DNA of 64,000 nucleotides from Rebecca billardiae RCC1528 (lineage: Eukaryota; Protista; Haptophyta). Made by a program: the position numbers and the translations under genes. The stretch lies in assembly GCA_965240325.2 (NCBI GenBank), contig OZ251238.1, positions 1,116,001-1,180,000 of the forward strand. Direction: 5' to 3'. Shown here piece by piece: positions 22,982 through 36,206 of the stretch. The notes beneath the pieces were generated by a model. It made no database searches. It was not told the DNA's origin and saw only the letters and a list, made by a program, of their open reading frames with translations. How positions within the stretch are numbered: the stretch's first letter is position 1; each line of letters opens with the position of its first letter.

Positions 22982-24291
22982 ATGCGGGCGCTTGCGATCG
23001 GCTTCCTCGGCGTGCTGATCCCGGTCATCACCCTCTTGCTCGCGGCGAAAGCATTCGCCCCGCCCGTCCGGGTGGAGCAGGCCTCCGTCCTGCAGCGCGT
23101 CGAGCTGCTCGAGCGGCGCGTGGGCGCGCTTGAGAACCGCGGAGCAGGCGGCGCGCTCCCGCTCGCCGGGTCGGCGCCGTCGGCCGCGGCGGCGTCCACG
23201 CCAGCGGCGGCTCCGGCGCGCCTCGCATCCGCGCCGGCAAGCGTGCCCGAGGACGCCCCGGCCGGCGAGCTCCAAACAGGCGACACAGTGCTCCCCGAAT
23301 CCATCGCAGAAACTGGCTCGTCGATCGAATCGATCGAGGCCCTGTACCGGCGGTATGGCGCGGACGTCAAGCGGCTGAAGCGGACGGTGATGACGTGGGC
23401 GAACAAGACGGACCTGCACCAGGGCGTCGAGGACGTCGAGGCCGAGATCATGTACATGCGCATCCGCGCGCTCCGGCCGGCGCGCGTCGCCGAGCTCGGC
23501 TTTGGCCAGGGTCTCGCCTCCACCTATATGCTCCAGGTGTGCGCTCGCGCGCGCGAACGGCGCGCGCAGCGCGCGCACGGGTGGCGAAGCGGGTGGTGCG
23601 CGGCCCGGCGCGAGCCACGCGCGGCCCACACCATCCCGCCCGTCCCCGCGCCCGCCCGCCGTAGGCGCTCGAGGACAACGGCGGCGCCGGGCGGCTGTAC
23701 ACCTTCGACATTAAGGACCAGTGGGACCGCGCGCGAACGATGCCGGAGGCGCTGGTGCACAGGTGGACGCTCACGCTGGGCGACGGCAGGAAGACGCTCG
23801 ACCGGTTCGCGCCGTACGCGTACGTCCACTCCGACGCCGAGCACTCCACCACCTTCGCGCAGTGGCTCGCCGTGTGGCTCGGCAAGAAGCAGCAGCGGCT
23901 CGCGCCCTCGGGGCAGGGCGCGAGCACGCTCGTCTCCTTCCACGATGTTTACAAGTGGCTGCCCAAGACGGCAGAGGGGCGGTGCCTCATGCGGATGAAG
24001 CGGGGGAACGGGATCACGGCGGAGGGCGCGATCATGCTCAAGTTCGCCCGCTCGCGCGCCACGCACCCGCCGCAGGACTCCTTCTCCGTCGCGCCCAGCC
24101 ACTTCCCGGACAACTGGGCGCGCGTGCAGGCCGCGCGACACGCGGTCGGGCTGGACGACGACTGGGTGTGCGACGCCGCCAAGTACTCCGATCCGAAGCA
24201 CTTCAAGAAGAGCTGGGGCCAGATGACGGCCGAGTGCAAGCGCATGCAGCGCGAGCGGCCGAACAACCCGAGCATCTTCTTCTCCGTCTGA
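22982..24291 (+). CDS. Type II membrane class I SAM-dependent methyltransferase (Methyltransf_24-like); intron 23537-23664
   Basis: N-terminal TM anchor and coiled stem; VAELGFGQGLASTYMLQ/ALEDNGGAGRLYTFDI and YVHSDAEHS motifs joined in frame by a GT-AG intron. Confidence 0.75.
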
Positions 24292-25147
24292 CTTTGTCGA
24301 GTCACATCATGACTCACATCTGCTGAGTGCAACATTGGTGTCTGGACTGTCTGGTGATACTGATCGTCACACAGCTACTTATGAATACGACTGTTAAATC
24401 TGAACGATCGACGACGACATCATCATCATCATCGTCATCGCGCCATCATCGATCGCGGTCGCGCGCGTACTATAACTATTAGTACTCGCTCACCCGGTCC
24501 GCGCACTAGGCGGGGTCCATGACAGCAGCCCATTGATTTGTGATTTTCTTCAACCATGCGATTTAGGTGTCTGACGAGCGTGGCGCTTGCGGAGTCACTT
24601 ACAAATATGTCCCAGAGCCCAGCCCAGCCGTTGGAAGCACTCAAAACCGACTCCGCGCGCCGTTGCGCGGTCGTGCGCGCACGCCAGCTGCGCCACTGTG
24701 TCACATACAGATTCAGCCAAACGTCAAGGACTTGTTATGGCGGCTAAATGACGGTATGTCGTCGGACTTACTTATTCATAACCGTTGCAACCCGCCCCAA
24801 CAAAATTAAGGTGGAATTGCGCTAAATTTTAGTAGGCATGATGAGTGCGCGTAGCGGTCGGTGAAAAACTACTCCAAGATCGAGCATTTTACCCATTTAA
24901 TTAGAGATCCCCTACCCACACATACGCACAGGCTTACCCGTTTATATATAATACGGGTGCACTCTCCTATATATATTCATATTGGTGCCTATATGCGGGT
25001 ACCGTGTTCAATATTGAGACTGGGTCATCCGAATAGGCGGCCGCCGCCGCGGAGCGACAGTCACTGCGGCTGCTCATGCCACTCGAACAGTGCCGCAGCA
25101 AGCCCGCACGGGCCTGATGCGGGCGGCGGGCTGCGTGCCGAGGCACA

Positions 25148-26650
25148 CTAGCAAGACCACCTCTGAGCATGCCACCATCCCAACACTCGCAGGAGAGCCC
25201 TCCGGCTCCGCCGTCGAGGCTTGCGTGCGCAGACTGGCAGTCGATTGCCGCCGCCAAGCTTGCCGCGGTCCGTTCGGCGACTTCCAAGCCCGTACTCTGT
25301 GTCACCGGCATCGTCGCCGTTCGTCGTACCCCGGCCCACGCGAGGCTGCCACCGGTTCACCACTACTGCGACGGACTGCGCACGCTTCGCCACGCGCTCG
25401 CCCCGAAGCTCCGCCGCTCTCCTCTCGCGCTTGAGCTCGGCGCCGTCGGCAGCCATGGCCGCCCGCTCGGCCGCAGCGCGATCTGTGCCACAGCACGCGC
25501 TGCGCTCGGCTTCGTCGGCGCGCAAGCTGGCGCGCGCAGCGTCGGCGACGGCGCGCGCGGTCGCCTTGCGCGACGAGTCCAGCTCCACCTGCTGCTCCGA
25601 GATGATCGCGTGCTCAGCAGGAGTCACGCGCTGCTCGTGCAGCGGCACCGTCACGCGGCCTGATGCGGAAATGCGCGGCGCGTCAGCGTCGGGGTGCGAG
25701 TCGAGGTCGCGGAAGGGGCAGCTGACGTGGGCGGCGCCCAGCAACTGGTCGTCGGTGTCCAGCTCCGCCAACCTCTCCGCCGCCGACGCGCCCAGCTTCA
25801 GGCTCAGGATGCGCTCCACGTCCTGGCGCTTGCCCTTCGACCACCTGTGCACGGTCATCAGCCAGTTGCCGATCATCTCGAGCCGCGGCGAGTCGTGGCG
25901 CGCCGAGATGCCGTGCACGTCCGCGCAGGCGTGCGCGACCTTCTTGGGCTTCCTCATCCCACCGTCGCCCGCGGTCTGGGCGTACGCCGCGGTGAACACT
26001 CTGACCAACTGCTTGCGCTTCCTCAAGTTCTTCTCGAGCATGAGGTCCACGAGCGTGCGGAGGAGGTCGAGGAGCACGAAGTTGAGCACCGATGCGTACC
26101 GCGGGTGCGTGCCGGCCACGAAGCGGCAGCCAAAAGTGTGCATCACGTGAATGGCGCGCGCCGCCGCCGCCGTCTCCTCGACCTGCTCCACGCGGACGTT
26201 GATGTCTGGCGGCAGCTCGAGCCTTGACTGCTGCACGCCATCGTGGCCGTCCGCGGAGGAGGTGAGCCCCTCTGCGGTGCTGGCGGGGACCTCGGGCGGG
26301 TCGCACATGTCCATGGACACGCGCACATCATCATCCGCCACGCCCTGGACCTCGTCATGCCCGGCGCGGCGGCCCGCAAGTTGGTCGGCGTCGAGCGCTC
26401 CTTGCGGCCGAGGCGTCGGGGGAGAGTCTGAGCACGAGAGCGCGGTGTCGGGTGAGCGAGAAGGCTGCGTCGAGTCGTTGTCGATGTCCACCCCACCGCG
26501 TAGGTCATGTTCGTCTCCGCGTAGGTCGCCAGCACGTGCTGCTAGGACTCGCTCCTTGGTCGCGAGCAGCACACGTTGAGCACGCAGATGCAAATTATGA
26601 AGCACGAGCTTCGGTTGAACCACGACTCCCAGCGAGAGCCCGGTCCGCAC
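25148..26650 (-). CDS. Hypothetical protein, start uncertain (possibly ATG near 26313)
   Basis: 500-codon ORF with host-like codon usage, a globular middle part and a coiled-coil-like C-terminus; no recognised motif. Confidence 0.45.
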   Translation of the reverse strand: MRTGLSLGVVVQPKLVLHNLHLRAQRVLLATKERVLAARAGDLRGDEHDLRGGVDIDNDSTQPSRSPDTALSCSDSPPTPRPQGALDADQLAGRRAGHDEVQGVADDDVRVSMDMCDPPEVPASTAEGLTSSADGHDGVQQSRLELPPDINVRVEQVEETAAAARAIHVMHTFGCRFVAGTHPRYASVLNFVLLDLLRTLVDLMLEKNLRKRKQLVRVFTAAYAQTAGDGGMRKPKKVAHACADVHGISARHDSPRLEMIGNWLMTVHRWSKGKRQDVERILSLKLGASAAERLAELDTDDQLLGAAHVSCPFRDLDSHPDADAPRISASGRVTVPLHEQRVTPAEHAIISEQQVELDSSRKATARAVADAARASLRADEAERSACCGTDRAAAERAAMAADGAELKRERRAAELRGERVAKRAQSVAVVVNRWQPRVGRGTTNGDDAGDTEYGLGSRRTDRGKLGGGNRLPVCARKPRRRSRRALLRVLGWWHAQRWSC

Positions 26651-27084
26651 GAGTCATGGCTACCCGTCCGCAGCCGCCCAGCCGCTTGACGAGGCGCCTG
26701 CACCGAGGTGGGTGCGCCCAATGGCGAGCGGACGGCCGTCGATGAGGGCCATCAGCCTCGCCGACCCCGTTCAGAGCTCCGCTCCCGCGCCGGGGCCAGC
26801 CGAGCGCGGATTTGGAATCTGCCGATCGCGAAAACCCGCCGAACAAGTTCTGAATGGAAAAGAAAAGAAAATCAAAACTCAATTTAATCTGATGGACCCC
26901 CTACGCGCACGCGCGAGACTAGTGGCTCCGCGCCCTCGTCAGCAGAGGCCCAGCCGCGCTGCGCCAGCCGCGCCGGCGCGGGCAGTCAGTCCGTATCGGC
27001 GATCAATGGCGGATCATATGCTCGCATCATCACTCACAGACAGGCGCATGCTGCTCGTCGCTCGACCCGCCGCCCGCGTCATCG

Positions 27085-30000
27085 TCACTTGCGCCGCCAC
27101 GCGGGCGCCTTTGCAGGCGTGATCGACTCGCCATTCTTGCGGCGCGAGAAGAGCGCCGCCAGCTCGTCCGAGACAAGGTCGTCGCCCGAGGGCTGGCGGT
27201 CGGAGGCGCCCAAGCCGCGGCGCGGCGCCTGCGACGGCACCATGGACTGCGTCTGCCGAAGCGATCGCACGCTCGCCACGGTCGCGGCGGTCGCGGCGAG
27301 GCTGCCGAGGACGGGTGCCGGCGGCGGCGGCGGCAGCGGCGCCGCGGCGCCGCGCGAGGCGGCTGGCTCGTCCTCGTCGTCCTCGTCGCCATCGTCGCCC
27401 AGGATGTCGCGCAGGCTGTCGTCGTCGATGGAGAAGGAGAAGTCGTGCTGCTCGGCCGCGCCCGCACTACTCTCCCGCCGCACCTCGCGCGGCGGCGTGT
27501 CGCCAAAGCCGTCGCCGCTGCCGTCGCCGCCGCCACACATCGCCTCCTCGCGCGAGCGCGCCTTGCTCAGCAGCGAGCGGTTGAACTGCGCCGCGGGCGG
27601 CTCGGCCGGCGCGAGGAGCATGTGCCCCGCCGAGATGCTGATGCTCGCCACGGCCTCGTTGATGTTCGCCGGCCTCGCGCCCTCCGCGCCCGGCTGCGTG
27701 CCGAGCGGTCCGGGCGACGGCGGCAGCTGCGGGAGGTCCAGCGTCAGCGGCTCGTGCGCCGGTACCGGAACGGACGCGGTCCGGGGGCGGAGTCCGGGCG
27801 TGCCGCCGGTGTTGAGCCCGCTCCCCTGCCGCCGGAGCACCGCCTTCTCCGCCGCCTGCTTGCCCACCGCCGCGGCGAGGTGCTTGCCCAGCCCGGGCTG
27901 GCGCATCGAGCGTGGCGAGAAAACGGACGCCGGGTCCGCCGCCGAGCGCTCGAGGCGCGCACCGACAGCGGGACGGCCCCACTGCCGCGACGGGTTGGTG
28001 CGCGGCGAGGGCAGGCCGTTGCGCGTCGAGCGGCCTGGCGTGCGCGGGCCGCTACCACCGCCACTGTTCCGCCCGCCTGCAGCCCGACGCCGCGCGCGCA
28101 AGGCGTGAGGGGTGGGGGCGACGGGTGAGCGTGCGATGAAACGGTGTGTGCCGCGCATGCAATCGTGCGCGTGCGTGCACGCCGAGCGCCGCGCGCGCGA
28201 CACGGGCACGCACCGGACTGGCGGCGAGTCTTGCTCACGCCACCGGACGTCTTGGCGATCGCGTTGATGGCGTTCGCCGCGTGCTGCCCGGGGCCCAGCG
28301 CGTGGTTTGCGAAGCGCCTCGGCCGCTGGATGCCATGCGCGCCGCCAACGTCTGTATGCCGTTTGCGTGCCTCCTCCAGCCGGCGAGCCTCCTGCGCGGG
28401 TGGGACCGGGGCCGCAGGCGGAGAGACGCGCGCGCAAGTGAGTGACGCGTCGCAACGGCGGGCAGCGCGCAGTGCGTGTGTGCGTGCGTGCGCGCGCTGG
28501 TCGCGCGTGCGCGCGCTGGTCGCGCGTGCGTGCACGCATGCACGCGCGCGCGCAGGCACACGCGCGCGCGCGCGGGTTCGGCGGGAACGAGGGCGGCGCG
28601 GCGGGTCGAGCCGCGCGGCACGCACCCGCGCCTTGGTCTCCGCCTCCTTCTGGATCTCGATGCGCGCGCTGACGAACGCCTGGATCGCCGTCTGCAGCGC
28701 GCCGAGCGCCTCGCCGAGCGACTCCTCCGACTCGGCGAAGTAGCGCGCGCACTCGCTCTGCTCTGTCTCGAGCTGCTTCAGCATGGCTGCCACCGACTCG
28801 CGCTTGAGCGCAGCCGCCGCCCGGAACGCCGCGACCATGTCGGGGAAGGCGTCGTCGTCGAGGGCGAACGAGCCGCTGACCGCGCCGTTCGTGCCGCCGC
28901 CCTCGATGTTCTTCGCCGCGCTCTCCACCTTGTCCACGCTCGCGCCGAGCTCGCCGGCGGCCTTGCGCAGCTCGTCGGCCGAGTGCGTGAGCACGCACGC
29001 GACCGCCGCGCCGTCGCCCTCGAGCGTGGGCAGCACGCCGGCGTGGTGCTGCATCATGTGCCGCGCGACGTAGTGCATCAGCGTCGGCGTCGCGTCCTTC
29101 GCGTCCGCCTCCGCGTTCGGCTTGATCAGCAGCACCTTGTTGAGCGCCTCAAGCCGGAACCCGGCCGCGCCCGCGCGCATCGAGCCGGCGTTGAGCGTGT
29201 TGCCGACCTGCAGGACGGTCGCGAGCAGCGCGCGCACGCTGTCCGACGCGCGCAGCTCGCCGAGGGCCTCGCGCGCGCGCTCGGCGTTCGCGAGCAGCTC
29301 GTCGGCGCGCTCGCCGAACCGGCGAACCTCCACCACCGCCTTGAGCCTCGGCTCCAAATTGGGGAATTTGGCCAATTCGAGGAAAATCGCCTCGGGCTCG
29401 GTCAGCTCGGCGACGAGGTGCTCGGGCAGCGGCGAGTTCGAGCCCGGCTTGACGCCGAACTTGGCCTCGGCCTCCTCGAGCTCGGCCGCGCTCGGCTTGA
29501 TCTTGAGCAGCGCGTCGCACGTCTCCGCCGTCAGCTCCTCCTGGTCCAGCGTGAGTAGCAGCCGGGTAATCGAGCCACCCGGCCGGAGGCCGTGCTTCTT
29601 GGTGGTGATGTTGATGTTGAGCTGGCGGCGCGCGTCCAGCATGTGGTGGCCGCCGCCGCCGTGCGCGGAAGGGCGCTCGGCGAGCGTGGTGCGCCGCGCC
29701 TCCGCCTGCTTCGCCGCGAACAGCCGCTTGAGCATCCGCGCGTCCAGCGGCTTCGGCGTGTACACGGGCGGCGGCAGCGGCGACGGCGGCACCTCGGCAT
29801 CCTCAGGCACCGGCCTCGCACCGAGCGGCTTGCCGGCGGTGGCAGCCAGCTGCTCCTGCTTGGCCGCCGCCATCTCGGTCGCCGCCTCGATCATGGACCA
29901 CACGCAGCTCGGGTGTAGCTGCGTCTTCGCCACCTTGCGCCAGTGCAGCTGCTTGAGCGCCGGCGCCTGCGCCGAGCTGGTCGCGAGCACCGCGCTGCCG

Positions 30001-30112
30001 GCGCCGCCGAGCGAGGGCGGCGGCGGCGGCGGCGGCACGGAAGGCGCACCTGGCGCTGGCGGCGGCGGCGGCGGCGGCGGCGGCATGCTGCCGCTGTTGG
30101 TGGCACGCGGCG

Positions 30113-30144
<32 letters not shown>

Positions 30145-33100
30145 GGCGGTGGTGCGGCGGGCGTCTCTGCAGCAGCCAGCTGCCGCGGCGGCGGTGGCGG
30201 CGGCGGTGGCGGCGGAGGCGGCGGCGGCGGAGCGGCCACGGGCTTGGGCGGCGGCGCGACGCCCTCGGCAGTCATCGTCGCCTCCGACGCTCCGGCGCTG
30301 ACTCCGGCGTGCACTGGCGCGGGCGGGGCGGGTGCGCCGTCCTCCGCCGACATTGGCACCGCGTCCACACCCGACTCGGCCGCCGACGCCTCCGCAGCGG
30401 CCGCGACCGGCGGCGGGTCCACCGCCATCGCTTCTGCGCCTTCGTGCGCGCCGCTGCCGCCCTCCACGTCGGCATCGCGCGAATCATCCTGCAGTGCGGC
30501 CGCGCTCGCGGCCGTGTCGGCGGCGGCCTGTCGCGCGAGCCGCGCCGAGGTGGGCTTGAGCACGGGCGCCGCCTCCTCCACATCCATGCCCACGACGCTC
30601 TCGCCCTCGTGCGCCGCGCTCGCCATCGCCTCGGGCTCATCGGCCGAGGCACCCGCCGCCGCCTCGTCGGCAACACCGCCTGCCGTCGCCGCATCGGCCG
30701 CGCCGTCGCCGTCGCCCGCGGCCAGCTCGCAACCGCCGTCGGCAACCGAGCCGGCGGCCGCGGCGGCTGCGTGGGGCTCGGGGTCGTCCGCGTCCACGAC
30801 GGCATGCGCGGCGGCCTCCTCGGCCACCTCCGCGGCACCGCCGCCGTCGGCAGCAGCAGACTCGTCAGCGGAGGGGACACTGTGGGATGTGTCGCCCGCT
30901 GCCGCCTCGGCGCGCGCCGCGGCGGGCGGCGACGGCGGCGCAGGTGGCGCCATCGGCGCAAGCTCCGAGGCGTGCAGCACGGCAGCTGGCTCGGTCTGTG
31001 CGTCGACGGGCAGGGGCTGCGCCTGCTGCACAGGGACCTCCTCCTCCTCCTCCTCCTCCGAGTCCGCCATTGCTGCCAGCCGCGCGGCGGCCTCCGGAGT
31101 GCACGCCGGCATTGCGGCGAGCCGCGAGCGCGCGCCAACGACGTCAGATGGCGACGGCGCAGGCGCGGGGCTGCTTGTCACGGCCAGCTCGGCGGCACTC
31201 GGCGGCGGCGGCGGCGGTGCGCGCGCGGCGGGCACGAGGGTGTCCGTGCCCGGAGTCGCAGCCATCGGCTCGGCCGCCTCGGCGGGCGACGGCGCCGCCT
31301 CGGCAAAGCCTACAACCACCTCGCGAACGTCGTCACTGCTGTCAGCCGCCGCCGCCTCCGAACCCTCCGAACCCGCCTCAGCATCAACGCCGCTGCCCTC
31401 CGCAGGGAGCTCGCGCACGGGCGTGCGCTTCGCCAGCGCCGAGAGCTCGTCCAGGTCGAAGAGCGCGTGTGGCGCGCCGAGCGTCGCGGAGGGCTCGGCC
31501 ACCGAGGCGGCAGGCGAGACACGCCCGCCTGCCGCAGCCTCTGCAGCCTGCGGCTCCGCCACCGCACCGGTGGGAGTGACAGCCGGCTCAGCTCCGGCTG
31601 GCTCCGGCGCCTCGACAACCTGAATCTCGGGCCGCGAGTGCGGCGTGGGCTCGGCGGGATCGGCACGAGGATCCGGCGCGGCACCACCACTCGCTGCGCT
31701 CTCGCCCGGCTCGGCCTTCTCCTCGGCCCCGCCATCGGCGGCGGCGGCATCGGCGGCGCCGCGCGCGGCGGCGGCGGCCGCGACCGAGATTGCAATCTCG
31801 CCGATGGCATCTGCGCCGTCGCTGCCGAGAGCGGCGGCTGGCTTGGACGGGGTCCTCGACGCCGGGCGCGGCGGCGGCGGCGGTGGCACGGCCGACTTGA
31901 CCGCCTCCCGCGGCGTCGACTGCGCCTTCAGCCCATCAGCCGCCATCGCCGCCGCGCGGCCCGTGCTCGGGGCGAGCCGACCCGCAGGGGAGAGACCCGG
32001 GGAGAGACCCGTGGGGGCGAGGCCGGCCGGGGAGAATGATGGGGAGGACCCGAGCTTGGCGCCGTCCTCGCACGCGCGCCGCTCGGCGACGGCGGCCTGC
32101 GCGAGGGCGAAGGAGCCGCGCGTGGCGCTGCCCTTCCGCTGCGTCACATTGACGGACTCCCCCTTTGACGGCGTCCCAACCGGCTCCGGCTCCGCCGCCG
32201 GCTGCCCCGGAGCCGCGGCTGTGGGCGACGGCTGCGGCTGCCGCTGCGGGCTCGGAGACGGCTTCGGCTGCTGCGGGCTCGGCGTCGGCTCGGTCGGAGG
32301 CTTGGTCGGGCGCAGGACGTCCTTGGGATGCGGCGGCGGCGGCGGCGGCGGCAGGCCGGGCGACGGCGACGCCCGCACCGCGGGCTTCTCCGAGCTCGGC
32401 GTGCGCTGCTCTGCGCGCGCACCGGCGCCGGAGGCGGGCGTGCGCGCAGCGTGCGGCGTGTGCGCCTGCGTCGGTGTCCCCGTGGCGACGGCGCGCGCGA
32501 GCGCGGCCGCGGGCGGCGGCGGAGGCCCAGCGCTGCGCGGAGCAGAAGGTGGCGCCACCGGGCTCTCCACGGGCGTCCGTGACGTCGAGCCGCTGCCCTC
32601 GCGCGCTGCGCTGCGCGGCGGCGGCGGCGGCGTGGCGGCGGGCGCGTGCTGCGGCGGCGTCGGCGGCGTCTGTGGGACCGCCGCGGGCCCGGCAGGCGGC
32701 GCCGGCGAGGCCGCAGCGCCAGACGGCGCGCCCAAGGCGGCGCCCTCCAGCAGCGCCCCGGGCGGTGGCGGCGGCGGCGGCAGCCGCGCCTTCTTCTTCG
32801 GCGAGGTGAGCGCCTGCTCGACCTCGTGCGCCGCCGCGAGCGCGACGCCTGCGCTCTCCTCCGGCGCGGCGGCGGCGTGCGGCGCGTCGGTCTGGATGGG
32901 CTTGCGCTTCGAGCCCGTCGGCGGGCCGGTGTGCTGGCTCGCGTCTTGCGCGGCGGCCGAGCTGACGTCGACCGGCGGTGGTGGCGGCATGTCGTTGGCC
33001 GCGGCCGCACCCGGCGGCTTTGCGCCGCCTCCGAGTGAGAACCGAGGCAGCTGGATGTTGAAGGACGGCATCGAGGGCAGGTGCGGCAGGGCAGAGGGCG

Positions 33101-33326
33101 CGGGCGCGCGCGCGCCGTTCTCCTTCTCCGCGTGCCCCGCGCCGTCCAGGTCGTCGTGCGAGGTGCTGCTCTCGCGAGCGGTACGATACGACTCGGCCGC
33201 GGAGGCATGCGAGCCGTCCTTCGAGATTGGCGGCACGGACGCGTCCGCGCCGCTCGGCTTGGCGCCGGCATTGCGCATGGTGAAGGGCGTGCCCTTCGTC
33301 GCCTTGGAGATCCAATCCATGTTCAT
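27085..33326 (-). CDS. Formin (FH1+FH2); introns 28625-28392 and 28213-28077
   Basis: Poly-Pro FH1 followed by LKQLHWRKV, LDARRQLNINI, LLATVLQVGNTLNAGSMRAGAAGFRLEALNKV, TLMHYV (FH2); long disordered N-terminus. Confidence 0.9.
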
Positions 33327-33794
33327 CGCGACTCGCGCGTGCGCCCTCGGCTGCTCGAGCCGGCGGGCGGCGTGTGCGTGCGGGTCGCGGCAGCCGTCAG
33401 CGCGCGTGTTGGGCGTGACGGTGCGGTGAGGAAAGTTGCGGAGTTTCACGTTTCAAGTCGGGCGCAAGGCGCCGAGCGTTACAGCCGACAAAAGCCACTC
33501 CGCCGCGCCGAGCGCGAGCCCGCGCGCATCACAGGCGGACCGTTCATCCAAATTTCGCGTATCTGCGAATAGGGATCGTCCGAAAATGACGGCCATTGGT
33601 CGATCTCCTCTATTGATCTCAACTTCTCCCAGCCGCGGCCTCCACAAGGCAACAGCCTCGCTGCTTGCAGGGGACCTTTTTAGGCATCAGCAGGGCGGCG
33701 CCCATCCCCTGCTGCAGCCCAACGAACGCGCGGGCGGCGGCGGCGGCGCGCTGCGGGTGCGGAGGCGCGGGCGACAGGTCCGTGCGCCTCGCAA

Positions 33795-35606
33795 ATGAGC
33801 GAGGAGATCGACCGGCACGTCACGCGCAAGTATGACGTGCAGCAGAAACTAGGGAAAGGGGTACGCGCGCGACGCCCCGAGGCGGCCGCGGCGACCGGGG
33901 CGCCCCTGCGGCGCGGCGGCTGAGCGAGTGAGCGCACCGGGCGCGCGCGCGTGCAGGCGTATGGGATCGTGTGGAAGGCGGTGGACAGACGCACGGGCGA
34001 GGTGGTCGCGCTGAAGAAGATCTTCGACGCGTTTCAGGTGCGCGCGACGCGGGCGGCGGGCGGCACGCGAGCGCCGCAACACGCGCGCACCGCGGCGCGC
34101 GGCGGCAGGGCTCGGCGCGTGCGCTCGGCGGGCCGGGCTCGCCTGAGTCGCCAGCTGGCCCCACGCCGCTCTCAGCGCGCCCGCTCGCTCACGCGCCTCG
34201 GCCTCCCGGCGCACGCCGCGCGCCGCTCCCGGCCGCGCTCGCTCGCCCCCGCCACGCGACTCCGTGCCTATGACCCCGAACCACGCCGCGCGGAGCAGAA
34301 CTCGACGGACGCGCAGCGCACGTTCCGCGAGGTGATCTTCCTGCAGGAGGTGTACGGGCACGACAACATCATCAAGCTGCACAACGTGCTCAAGGCCGAC
34401 AACGACCGCGACCTCTACCTTGTCTTTGAGTTCATGGAGACAGACCTCCACGCCGTGATCCGGGCGGCCATCCTGGAGGACATTCACAAGCAGTACGTGA
34501 TGTACCAGCTGTTCAAGTCGCTCAAGTACATGCACTCGGCGGAGCTGCTGCACCGCGACCTGAAGCCGTCGAACATGCTGCTCAACTCGGACTGCCTCAT
34601 GAAGGTCGCCGACTTTGGCCTCGCGCGCTCGCTCGCGCGCGACGACTCGAGCGTCGCTGACGCGGTGTTGACAGACTATGTGGCGACGAGGTGGTACCGG
34701 TGCGTGCCGCGCGGGTCCGCGTGCGCGGGCGTGCGGGCGGGCTGCTGCAGGGGGCAGTGCGCGTGCGTGCGCGCGCCGCCTCGGCTCGCGGGGCCCGGGG
34801 GCCGCGCGCCGCGCGCTGAGCCGTCCCACCCTCCGCCACCCTCGCGCGCGCGTGCATGTGCCCGCTCCGTGCGCGCAGGGCGCCCGAAATACTCCTCGGC
34901 TCGACCAAGTACACCAAAGGGGTGGACATGTGGTCGGCAGGCTGCATCTTTGGCGAGCTGCTCGGCGGCAAGCCCATGTTCCCCGGCACGAGCACGATGA
35001 ACCAGGTCGAGAGAATCGTCGACGTCGTGGGCGTACCCGACGCCGCGGACGTTGAGGCGATCAACTCGGCGTATGCCAAGACGATGATCGACTCGCTAGC
35101 CACGGGGAAGCGGCGAAGCAAGCGGCTCGCCGACATGTACCCGAAAGCGTCGCCGGACGCGCTCGACCTGCTCAAGCGGCTGCTGCAGTTCAACCCCAAA
35201 AAGCGCATCAGCGCCGTCGAGGCGCTCAGGCATCCGTGCGCGCGCCGCGCCGCGCCACACGCGCTCGTGCGCTCCTGCGTGCGCGCGCCGACGGCCGCGG
35301 CCGAAGCAGCAGCATGCCATGCATGCCCAGCGGCCGGCCGCGCGCCGCGCGGCCCAGGCCACGCGCACGCCCTGCTCACTGCCCCGCCCCGACGGCCGCC
35401 GCCGCGCGCGCAGGTACGTGGCGCAGTTCCATCACCCGCAGTCTGAGATCAGCGCGACGCGCGCGGTCGCCGTCTCGCTCGACGACAACGCAAAGCGGTC
35501 AACGTCCGTGTACCGCGACCAGCTGTACGCGGAGGTCGCGCGGATGAAGAAGGAGGGGCGGATGGATGCGCACGGCGGCAAGCATAAGGCGGTCGAGGCG
35601 AGGTGA
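33795..35606 (+). CDS. MAPK15: MAP kinase, ERK7/8 (MAPK15) subfamily; introns 33861-33956, 34038-34298, 34700-34878, 35236-35413
   Basis: Spliced LGKG/AYGIVWKA, KKIFDAFQ/NSTDAQRTFRE, HRDLKPSN, DFGLARS, TDY activation loop, YR/APEILLGS. Confidence 0.92.
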
Positions 35607-36206
35607 GCCACGGGCTGAGGTCGCGCCGGCTCGGCCCGCGCCCGCGCCCGATGATACGGCCTCAGCGACATTGAGCATTGCCATTGGCGTCCGCCCGTGC
35701 CGATCCGCGCCAGACGCCAGACGGCCAGTCCGCAACGGTGTGACGGACTGGCGGTGCGTCATGATTCGTCCAGCGATCGCTGCGGCGAATGAACTTCATT
35801 TTAACGATTAATTCGTCTCAGAGTGCTGACGAGGCAGTAGCCAGTATGTAGTATTATAAGCCGATCAGCGGGCCACTGCCAGGCACTCGTCAAGAACATG
35901 CGTGGGGCCGTTGACAGTGACAGCCATCGTCATGATGGCGGGAGCTCTGCCGGCTGCCGCTCTTGTCGCGACATGATCAGGCGAGTTGAGAGACTTTGAT
36001 GAGAGTGGACGAACGGTGCGCAAAGCGCTTTCCTTGCCGTTGGCCGCAGCCCCCCCGGCCCGGCCGTGACCGTGAGGACGAGGAGGACCAGTCCCGTCTT
36101 TGCGCCGCACGCCTAGTCTCACGGCCGCGGACACGTCCTGCCCCGCGCCGTCGGCGCCGTTGCCGTCGCCTCCTGACCCGCGCCGTCGGCGCAGTAGCCG
36201 ACGCCA

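Noticed and set aside
24440-25010. AT-rich intergenic block as a possible transposon
   Set aside because: No convincing TIRs, TSD or second copy in the window
29122-33429. Long plus-strand ORFs (833, 698, 594 aa) opposite the formin
   Set aside because: Antisense shadows caused by high GC and codon bias; low-complexity translations without motifs
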